A program made the position numbers and the translations under genes. Below the pieces are notes generated by a model. It did no database searches and had not been told where the DNA came from. It saw only the letters and a list, made by a program, of their open reading frames with translations. A stretch of 63,240 bases of DNA, counting the filler. It is 11 parts of 11 records of this genome, joined end to end, with 100 filler letters (N's around TTAATTAATTAA, not from the genome) between each part and the next. Parts side by side here need not be neighbours in the genome. Positions count along the whole stretch, not along the records: positions 52,324 to 58,107 come from SRR31147125_227345; positions 58,208 to 63,240 come from SRR31147125_228050; 9 more parts are not named here. One strand, given 5' to 3'. This document shows, piece by piece, positions 52,325 to 61,200 of the stretch (positions are counted from its first letter, which is position 1; every line of letters starts with the position of its first letter).

Positions 52325-53485
52325 TTTTTCGGCAACCTCTATCACCTCAACGCGGAGGAGGAACCCGAACACCGTGACTACCCTGGAGATCTTAAACTGG
52401 CCAACGGTAAAACCTTCCGCGAGCAATTCGGACCACGTGGGGTTATCAAGGCCAAGGCCCTGCCTGGCGGCCGGCAGGAGATCGAGGATACCGGTCCGCT
52501 GACCCGCAAACGCATGGAGACTATCGACGAGGAAACCCTGGCCGCAGCCAAGGACTTCATTCAACGAAAGCAGGGGCTCGGCGAGCCGTGGATGTGCTGG
52601 TGGAACGCTACACGGATGCACTTCCGCACGCATGTGAAGGAAGCGCACAAGAACCTGGCCGGCCCTAACTCCGACGAATACCATGACGGCATGGTCGAAC
52701 ACGACATGCACGTCGGTGAACTGCTTGCGCTACTGGACGAATTGGGCATTGCCGAGAACACGATCGTGTTGTACTCGACCGATAACGGCCCGCATTACAA
52801 CACCTGGCCGGATGCAGGCTATACCCCGTTCCGGAACGAAAAGAACTCCAACTGGGAAGGGGCATTTCGCATACCGGCGTTCGTTCGCTGGCCGGGCAAG
52901 TTCCCCGCTGGTGTGACGGTCAACGGCATCGTTGCCCACGAGGACTGGCTGCCGACCTTCGCCGCGGCTGCAGGGGCGCCGGATATCAAAGAGAAGTTGA
53001 AGAAGGGCGTCAGGTTGAACGGACGCAGCTACAAGAACTACATCGACGGCTACAACATGCTGGATTACCTGTCGAAGGCCGGCACGTTCAAGTCAATCAA
53101 CCAAGACCAGGCCGCCAGCCCTCGAAAGGAGTTCATCTACGTGACCGACGGGGGCGAGGTTTGCGCCATCCGTGTCGGCGACTGGAAGGCGGTCTACCTG
53201 GAGAACCGGGCTCACCAGTTGCAGATCTGGCGTGAACCGTTCATCCAGCTGCGTCTTCCGCTGGTGTTCAATCTCAGGCGCGACCCGTTTGAGAAAGCTC
53301 AGCACAACTCGAACACCTATCACGACTGGGTGATCGACCGCGCCTATATTCTCGGGCCGATGCAGGTCGTCGCCAGCCGGTTCCTCATGACCATGAAGGA
53401 CTATCCGCCGAGCCAGACGCCCGGCGACTGGAGCCTGGCCACCCTCGAAGCACAGATCAAGAACATGACCATGGGCGGCAAATAA
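52325..53485 (+). CDS. Arylsulfatase, 5' truncated
   Basis: FFGNLYHLNAEEEPE, TRMH, STDNG, EKNSNWEG, NLRRDPFE. Confidence 0.93.
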   Translation, partial: FFGNLYHLNAEEEPEHRDYPGDLKLANGKTFREQFGPRGVIKAKALPGGRQEIEDTGPLTRKRMETIDEETLAAAKDFIQRKQGLGEPWMCWWNATRMHFRTHVKEAHKNLAGPNSDEYHDGMVEHDMHVGELLALLDELGIAENTIVLYSTDNGPHYNTWPDAGYTPFRNEKNSNWEGAFRIPAFVRWPGKFPAGVTVNGIVAHEDWLPTFAAAAGAPDIKEKLKKGVRLNGRSYKNYIDGYNMLDYLSKAGTFKSINQDQAASPRKEFIYVTDGGEVCAIRVGDWKAVYLENRAHQLQIWREPFIQLRLPLVFNLRRDPFEKAQHNSNTYHDWVIDRAYILGPMQVVASRFLMTMKDYPPSQTPGDWSLATLEAQIKNMTMGGK

Positions 53486-53625
53486 TAGCATCATCCAGGT
53501 GGGGCGCTCACTTGGAGTGCCCCTCCTTTCCACCACAGGATAGTTACCCCTGTGACGGCGAGGGCAGGCCCATGATGAAGTCCGCTGCAACGGACGAGCT
53601 ACCCGTTCTGCCAAAGAGGTGTTCA

Positions 53626-54135
53626 ATGAAAAAGATGACATGTTTCGGCTTCTTCATGCTGCTAATTCTATCTGGCGTAGCAATGAGTCCTGTTTGCGTT
53701 GCTGACGAACGGCGACCGGCCTATGATCGAATGGTTGAAGAGGTGAGACGAGAGGCGGGTGAGGATGTGAAGCAGAAACCCGAAAAGCAAGACGAAACAG
53801 CCGAACAGACGGAAGAACAGGCCGATCTGGATGACAATAAACGCCGCCCGGCATATGACCGAATGGTTGAAGAGGCGACACAAGAAGCGGATGAAGATGC
53901 CAAGCAGAGACAAAAAAAGCAGCCCGAGGCAGCCGAACAGGTTGAAAAACAGGTCCGTCCCGTTGATGACGGACGCGTACAGGCGGAACGCAAGCGACTC
54001 CAAACCGAGATGAACAAGGTTCGGGCGAGAGGACTGGACCCCAACTTTACCGAGGGAATGCGCAATAGCCGGCTTAAGGAACTGCAAAGCCAACTCGATC
54101 TTCTGAACAGCGATCCAGGCGCCTATTTTGATTAG
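53626..54135 (+). CDS. Secreted hypothetical protein with a 44-aa internal duplication
   Basis: SD GAGGT, signal peptide, RRPAYDRMVEE twice at a 132-nt period (53710, 53842). Confidence 0.75.
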   Translation: MKKMTCFGFFMLLILSGVAMSPVCVADERRPAYDRMVEEVRREAGEDVKQKPEKQDETAEQTEEQADLDDNKRRPAYDRMVEEATQEADEDAKQRQKKQPEAAEQVEKQVRPVDDGRVQAERKRLQTEMNKVRARGLDPNFTEGMRNSRLKELQSQLDLLNSDPGAYFD

Positions 54136-54277
54136 CGAATCAGAGGGTGCCAAGGATACCTCCTTCTCGTATTCAGGCATGAATCTTGACTACTTGATTG
54201 GCAGTCCGTCAAAGAGGCGGACAGAATCACCAGGCTTCCAAACAACCCAAACCCAGTCGAAATCAACGGAGAGTAAC

Positions 54278-54580
54278 TTGATTATCGTCATCATCAAAAT
54301 GGCCGTGCATCCAGAAAAACGCAGGGAGCTCTCCCAGACCTTTCGCACGATCGTCGAACAGGTGAAAAAAGAGCCGGGCTGCCTCTATGCCGCCTTCTAC
54401 CAAAGGGTTGAGGGTGAAAGCGATTATTTAGCTATTGAAGAGTGGGCACACCAGGAAGATGTGGAGGAACACATACGGTCCGATATCTTTAAAGTTTTGC
54501 TTGGCTCCGGATGCCTGATGCAACGGCCGCCGGAAATTACGATTCATACGGTCAGCCGTTCAACAAAACTGAAAGTCTGA
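54278..54580 (+). CDS. ABM (antibiotic biosynthesis monooxygenase-like) domain protein
   Basis: TTG start after GGAG; KEPGC, EEW, H..S motifs. Confidence 0.82.
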   Translation: MIIVIIKMAVHPEKRRELSQTFRTIVEQVKKEPGCLYAAFYQRVEGESDYLAIEEWAHQEDVEEHIRSDIFKVLLGSGCLMQRPPEITIHTVSRSTKLKV

Positions 54581-54686
54581 CCCCCTGAACCAAGGGAATC
54601 GATGAGAGGGGAGGTGCCGGACCAGCAATTAGAATCGGCACCGAAATAAAAACCAAAATGGAACTTTGGAGTGAAAGGAGCAGGAA

Positions 54687-56321
54687 ATGAAACAGACAAT
54701 GATGAAAATCACGGCAATTATTTTTATTGCCGCCCTGGGCCTGCCCGGGCTTGTCCAGGCGGCAAAACCCAACATTTTGTTAATCGTCTCAGACGACACC
54801 GGATTCGGCGATCTTGGTCCGTACGGCGGTGGCGCCGGGCGGGGCATGCCTACACCCAACTTCGACCGCATGGCGGATGAAGGCATGTCCATGCATTCAT
54901 TCTATGCCCAAGCGAGCTGTACGCCAGGGCGTGCGGCCATGCAAACCGGGCGCATCCCCAATCGCAGCGGCATGACCACCGTGGCGTTCCAGGGCCAGGG
55001 CGGTGGACTGCCGGCGGCCGAATGGACACTGGCGTCGGTGCTCAAAAGGGGCGGATACAGAACCTACTTCACCGGCAAGTGGCACCTGGGTGAAGCCGAC
55101 TACGCCCTGCCCATCACTCACGGATACGACGAGATGAGATACGTAGGGCTCTACCACCTCAATGCCTACACCTACGCCGATCCAACCTGGTTTCCGGACA
55201 TGGATCCCAAGTTGCGCAAGATGTTTCAAAAGGTGACCAAGGGCTCCCTTTCAGGCAAAGTGGGTGAAAAAGCCAAAGAGGATTTCAAGATTAACGGCCA
55301 GTACGTTGATACGCCCGAAAAGGGTGTGGTGGGCATCCCATATTTTGATGGTTATGTGGAAAAGGCCGCGCTGGAATTCCTGGACAAGGCGGCCAAGTCC
55401 GACAAGCCTTTTTTCATCAACGTAAACTTCATGAAGGTGCATCAGCCCAACCTGCCGCATCCCGACTACGAGCACAAATCTCTGTCCAAAAGCAAGTACG
55501 CAGACTCGATCGTGGAACTCGATGCACGGATCGGAAGGATCATGGACAAGGTGCGTAAACTGGGCATCGAAAAAGATACGTTGGTTTTCTATACAACCGA
55601 CAACGGCGCCTGGCAGGATGTTTACCCCGATGCCGGCTACACTCCCTTGCGGGGCACCAAGGGCACGGTGCGAGAGGGCGGCAACCGGGTGCCCGCCATC
55701 GCATGGTGGCCCGGTAAAATCAAGGCCCATTCCAAAACCCATGATATTCTCGGCGGCCTCGATTTGATGGCCACCTTCGCTTCCGTCGCCGGGATCGAGC
55801 TGCCTAAAAAAGACCGGGAAGGCAAACCGATCATTTTTGACAGCTACGACATGACCCCGGTCCTTTTTGGCAAAGGCAAGTCCAAAAGAGATTCGTGGTT
55901 CTATTTCACTGAGAACGAGTTGACCCCAGGCGCCGCGCGGGTGGGCAATTACAAAGCAGTTTTCAACCTACGGGGAGACAACGGCCAGGCCACCGGCGGA
56001 TTGGCCGTGGACACCAACCTGGGATGGAAAGGTCCGGATAAATATACGGCCACCGTACCCCAGGTTTTCGATCTGTGGGCCGACCCGCAGGAGCGCTACG
56101 ATCTGTTCATGAACAACTTCACCGAACGCACCTGGACGCTGGTGACCATCAATCAGGCGATCAAGGAGAAAATGAAAACCTACATCGACTATCCACCGCG
56201 CAAGCTCCAGAGCGAAGTCTATACCGGCCCGATCACGATCACGCGGTATCAAAGATTCGGGTGGGTCAGGAAACAGCTGGAAAAAGACGGGTTCAATCTG
56301 CCACTGCCGACCGGCAATTAG
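54687..56321 (+). CDS. Periplasmic arylsulfatase (Cys-type, formylglycine-dependent)
   Basis: Signal peptide, KPNILLIVSDD, SCTPGRAAMQTG (CxPxR), GKWHLG, TTDNG. Confidence 0.96.
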   Translation: MKQTMMKITAIIFIAALGLPGLVQAAKPNILLIVSDDTGFGDLGPYGGGAGRGMPTPNFDRMADEGMSMHSFYAQASCTPGRAAMQTGRIPNRSGMTTVAFQGQGGGLPAAEWTLASVLKRGGYRTYFTGKWHLGEADYALPITHGYDEMRYVGLYHLNAYTYADPTWFPDMDPKLRKMFQKVTKGSLSGKVGEKAKEDFKINGQYVDTPEKGVVGIPYFDGYVEKAALEFLDKAAKSDKPFFINVNFMKVHQPNLPHPDYEHKSLSKSKYADSIVELDARIGRIMDKVRKLGIEKDTLVFYTTDNGAWQDVYPDAGYTPLRGTKGTVREGGNRVPAIAWWPGKIKAHSKTHDILGGLDLMATFASVAGIELPKKDREGKPIIFDSYDMTPVLFGKGKSKRDSWFYFTENELTPGAARVGNYKAVFNLRGDNGQATGGLAVDTNLGWKGPDKYTATVPQVFDLWADPQERYDLFMNNFTERTWTLVTINQAIKEKMKTYIDYPPRKLQSEVYTGPITITRYQRFGWVRKQLEKDGFNLPLPTGN

Positions 56322-56477
56322 TGATCTGGCGGAGGTCTTAAAACCAGGATAAACCGGCGTATCCGGTAAATAAATTCATGCTGAACGAGCAGCGCTCGGC
56401 GGCAAACATATCGATGCCGTCGGGTGCTCGCCATGCCTGTATCGGCTGTATGCGATTTTAACGAAAGGATCCATGCC

Positions 56478-57476
56478 ATGGAAGTAAAAACTTATCGAAT
56501 ATACACGATCACACTTACCCTGTTGTTTATGTTCAGCGTTTTGACAGTGGCCCAGGCAGCGGACCCGCTGCCCTCCTGGAACGACGGTAAAACCAAACAG
56601 GCCATCTTAACCTTTGTGAAAAAAGTGACCACCCAGGGCTCACCCGACTTCGTCCCGCCGCCCGAGCGCATCGCCACATTTGACAATGACGGTACACTCT
56701 GGAGCGAACAACCCATGTACTTTCAACTGTTTTTTGCCATCGACCGCGTCAAGGCACTCGCTCCCCAGCACCCCGGGTGGAAGAGCAAGCAGCCCTTTGC
56801 CTCGCTGCTCAAGGGCGATGTCGAAGGCGCCCTGGCCGGCGGAGAAAAAGCCATTCTCGAGATTGTCGCGGCCACCCATTCCGGCATGAGCACCCAGGAA
56901 TTCGAAGCGATCGTCAAGGATTGGGTCACCAAGGCAAGACATCCCAAGACCAAACGGTTGTACACCGAAATGGTCTTCCAGCCCATGCTCGAATTGCTGG
57001 ATTATCTGCGCGCCAACGGCTTCAAGACCTTTATCGTCTCAGGAGGCGGCATCGAGTTCATGCGCCCCTGGACCGAGGCGGTCTACGGCATCCCGTCCGA
57101 GCAGGTTGTGGGCAGCAGCATCAAAACGAAGCTTGAAATGCGCAACGGCAAACCGGTGCTCATGCGGCTGCCTGAAATCGACTTTATCAACGACAAGGAA
57201 GGCAAACCCGTGGGCATCAACTCTCATATCGGCCGCCGCCCCATCGCGGCCTTCGGCAACTCCGACGGCGACCAGCAGATGCTCCAATGGACCACTGCCG
57301 GGCAGGGCCTGCGCTTCGGCCTGCTGGTCCACCACACCGACGCCGAACGTGAGTGGGCCTACGACCGCAAATCACACATCGGCAAGCTCGACAAGGCCCT
57401 CGACGAGGCCGAAGCAAAAGGCTGGACGATTGTGGACATGAAGCGCGACTGGAAACTCATTTACCCGAAAAAATGA
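56478..57476 (+). CDS. Secreted HAD-superfamily hydrolase (nonspecific acid phosphatase-like)
   Basis: DPLPSWND, FDNDGTLW, IVSGGG, FGNSDGD. Confidence 0.93.
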   Translation: MEVKTYRIYTITLTLLFMFSVLTVAQAADPLPSWNDGKTKQAILTFVKKVTTQGSPDFVPPPERIATFDNDGTLWSEQPMYFQLFFAIDRVKALAPQHPGWKSKQPFASLLKGDVEGALAGGEKAILEIVAATHSGMSTQEFEAIVKDWVTKARHPKTKRLYTEMVFQPMLELLDYLRANGFKTFIVSGGGIEFMRPWTEAVYGIPSEQVVGSSIKTKLEMRNGKPVLMRLPEIDFINDKEGKPVGINSHIGRRPIAAFGNSDGDQQMLQWTTAGQGLRFGLLVHHTDAEREWAYDRKSHIGKLDKALDEAEAKGWTIVDMKRDWKLIYPKK

Positions 57477-58107
57477 GAATCGCCTTCTTAACAAGTCACA
57501 TGGCGCATAGCGATCCGCGGTGGGACACCACTGCGCATCTGATGCATGCATGCAACGGCCGCGGTCACACCGTTTATCGCTTGCAAAGCCATGACCTGTA
57601 TGTGCGCGACAGCCGGGTCAGGGCCCGTATGCACGACGTTACCGTGCGGGCCGAATTGGACCTGCGACACTACTGGCAGGAGGTCATCCGTAACAGTGCC
57701 GGAAACGACCTTTGCTTCGAATCACTCGCCGATCTGGATGCCATCTTTCTGCACCCGTCCACACCCCTTGATGAACGAATATTTGAATACCTGGCATTGA
57801 TAGAGGACCGCGTTTTTATCATCAACTCAATAACCGGCCTGTGTCGTGGAACCAGCAAGCTCTACCCACTCCAATTTCCGCAATACATTCCGCGCACCCA
57901 TATTTCGCGCGATCCTCAGCGTTTACGGATGGTGATCGAATCGTTCGGCGGGGCTGTGGTGATCAAACCATTGCAGGGCCGCAACGAGGAGGGCGTTGTT
58001 AAAGTGGACCATGGCGATTGGGAGAACCTGGACGCCTTGATCCACTACTATGTACAGGCCAGCCGCCCATACCATCGACGCAAGGCCGTCATGGTGCAGG
58101 AGCATTT
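57473..58107 (+). CDS. Glutathione synthetase-like ATP-grasp protein, 3' truncated
   Basis: DTT..L...RGH, LDAIFL, IINS, IPRTHISRD, VIKPL.G, MVQE. Confidence 0.75.
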
Positions 58108-58207
58108 NNNNNNNNNNNNNNNNNNNNNNNNNNNNNNNNNNNNNNNNNNNNTTAATTAATTAANNNNNNNNNNNNNNNNNNNNNNNNNNNNNNNNNNNNN
58201 NNNNNNN
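58108..58207. other. Artificial contig spacer
   Basis: N44-TTAATTAATTAA-N44. Confidence 0.99.
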
Positions 58208-61200
58208 CCCCCCCTCTCTCCAGAAATGATGACGTACCTGGCAAAGTTTTTCATAACCGTCTCACACACACCAAAGTTCCTGCGTAAGAGGTCACGAAGA
58301 ACGGGGCTGTCAGGAGATCGACCCCCTCTCCCCCCTCCCCGGCCCCCGACCATCCCCCTCCCAACAAGGGGATATAGGCTTTTTACGCACCGTGCTACCT
58401 CGGGAAGGGGTAAGCGGAAGAACGCGGGCTGGAAGACGTCGTCAGGATCAAGGTGTTTTTGTCGGGGCATCGCCACTGTTGTGCCAGGACACGCGAAACA
58501 CGTCACACGTCACACTGGAGTTGGCCGCGGTCGTTGCACCCACGGATCCCGCGGGTACACACAAGGGATCTGGCCAGAAAGATCCGCCCGCCCCCCGCTT
58601 CAAATCCATCCTTGTATTCTGACACAGCAATGGGATCCTAGGCCCTCCCCCAGGAATCACCACAACGAGAACGTATCGACAACACCTACAGTACACCTCC
58701 ACCCCACCGCACACCTACACATACGCGCACACATCACCCCCACACCCCCCATACTACCGCTCACCGCAAAGACAGAACACATACACACATACACATACAC
58801 CTGGATATACGCAACGAACCACCAGTTGGGACGACATTTGAGGTTCATCTACTTCAGATGCCGTCAGCACAAACAACAACAACAACAACAACAACGATGA
58901 CAACGTACGTCCATACCACACCGCGTGCAGCAGCCATTGCTTCGATACGAGTGGCACCCTCTTGATCTCCGTGCGCGCGAAGAGTCGTCGCATACTAACA
59001 ACCCCTTGAATTACGGACCACACACTTCAACCAACCAACAATAGACAGGATACAGCACAATACAAATGCTGCGACAGAGGATGATGGTCACCGCACGCCT
59101 CAAGCCATGTTACGGCCGCATCGTGATCCCCTTCACGTAGTTCTTGTTCCCACGCCCTGACAGGAAGGGTTGTGGGAACTCTGTATGTGCCCCTCCAACT
59201 CCACTCACCCCTTCCAAAGAGCCAGGTTCCAGGGACTCAAGCGTACAGCCCTCCACAACACCTCACGACCACGCATAACGGATTCCATTCGTGCCAACCT
59301 CGTGATACACATTCAGCGGAGGGTGTCGAGCAATATGACATACCGAAGAGCAAGCGTTCCATCCTCAGGAACCTCTTCCACAAAACGTCGACACCAATCT
59401 ACACGATCCCCCTGATCAAGATTCGAGAGAAACGAGTCAAGCAGAGGATCCGCCATCGCAGGTGGCTGTGGCTTCATGTCAGTGGAGGGAAAGAAAGGAA
59501 AAGCCAAACAAAGTGTACCTTCACAATCCCCAACGACAAGATGTTGGCAAGAGGAGCAGGAGGAGGACAGACAAGGGAATGGATCTCATCATCTCCACCC
59601 AAAAGACGTGATGCGGTTGCCAGACCGCGAAGCAGAGCCCAACCCCGGTCCGCAACGCTCACAAGACCACGTCCATGTCGTTCAAATCTGATGAGGATCA
59701 AAACCAGTCAGGTAGCGGGTGGTACCTTGGACTATACGCACCCCTCATAGAGAAGGCGCACGGCATCGCGATCAAGAGGTTCGCGTTGAGCAGATGCGAA
59801 GGCCTCCAATAACTCCGCACCATCATCCATCACCTCAAGAAGAAAAAAGAGACACAACCACACGTGCACGTTAGCGTGTTCGTGGCCCAGCAATAGTGTG
59901 CGGAGTGCTTCATGCAATACAACACGAGAACAAGACGAGAGATGACCCATCCGGTTGGCCAGAATCGCCACGGCCACACTACGATCTTCGGAGCAGATAT
60001 GAACATACACGAGGGCCCACGGAGCATCTTCTTCCAAACGTTCGCGCATCCCATCCTCCAAAGTGTGGACGAGTGCCATGCGCACCCTCGTCAAGGTTGG
60101 GTCCACCTCGAGGAACTGTCGACACAGGGTCTGTGCGGACGTGTTCCCTTGGGCCGCTCGCGTTGCCTCCACGGCAACCAGGAGCAAGGGTTCTGTTTGA
60201 CATGATACGCCAAGACACGTGATGGCTTGATGAGCGACTTCCCTTGCACGTTGTACGTTCCCTTCACAGATCGCACCACATCCCTCCGTCATTATTTCAT
60301 ACGATGAGCGAGAGCGGCCTGTACCGGTTTGCACAGCAGGAGGGAGTACGCCACAAGCCTCTAAATGAATTATGAGCAACCATACGACCTGTTGTTCTTC
60401 AAGGGACCATCGATCATCCCCCCAGAGCAATACCTCACGCAACATCTGGAGGGAGCGTTCCGTGTGTCCAGATCGCACAAGCATGTCACTTCGACGTAAC
60501 ACGAGGTCTAGTACGATCGGGGAAACCTGTTCGCCGCGGTCCAATGCACGTTTTCCCTCAGCAATCGCCGCGGAGAGAATACTATCTCGTTCTGGCACGG
60601 CTTTCTCCCACTCGGCATACATACTCCATAAAAGGCCACAGAACCCTCCCATACGCCGGAGGGCCTCCTGAAACAAGTGCCGTGTCTCGTTCCCCTCATT
60701 ACGTGTTGCAAACAGGTGCAAGTAAAGAGCCCAAAGGGGTACACTGTGCTGATGGGCCTCAAGGCCTCGTGCCAAATAGCTTAGGGCCACATCGCGATCG
60801 GACGGATCTATACGTGACGAAACAGGTTTCAGGAAAGCTAGAGCTGCCTCGATCCACCCGATGGCATCCACAGGCTCCACGGAAAGAGGATCGTCCGGAT
60901 CTCCCTCCTCTTCCATAGGGATGGGATCAAAGTATCGCGGACCAAACGTATCACGCCTGTAGGCCGTGCCCACGACACAATAGACAGGTGCGATCCCTTC
61001 ATCTTCTGAGCCTTCCTCCATTCCTTGTGGTTCGCGTTTGGGCGAGACGCTGGAAGAAGCCAGAGGCCGCTTAACAAACACACGACGCGTACATGACCTG
61101 CGTGTTCGATGTCCAGGTGTCCCACTTCGGTCCAGCGGGGCATCCCCAACAGAAAACGTGATCTCTTCCCCAAGAGTACGGTCCACAAAGGATCTTGCCA

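Noticed and set aside
6545-58207. Ten identical TTAATTAATTAA units flanked by Ns, and apparent gene neighbourhoods across them
   Set aside because: Artificial scaffolding spacers. Genes on either side come from different contigs, so adjacency carries no meaning; not a CRISPR or biological repeat.
58908-59000. PLVSKQWLLHAV as a BRCT domain of a separate gene
   Set aside because: Fits better as a HAT-like repeat continuing the ZFC3H1-like gene through canonical introns.
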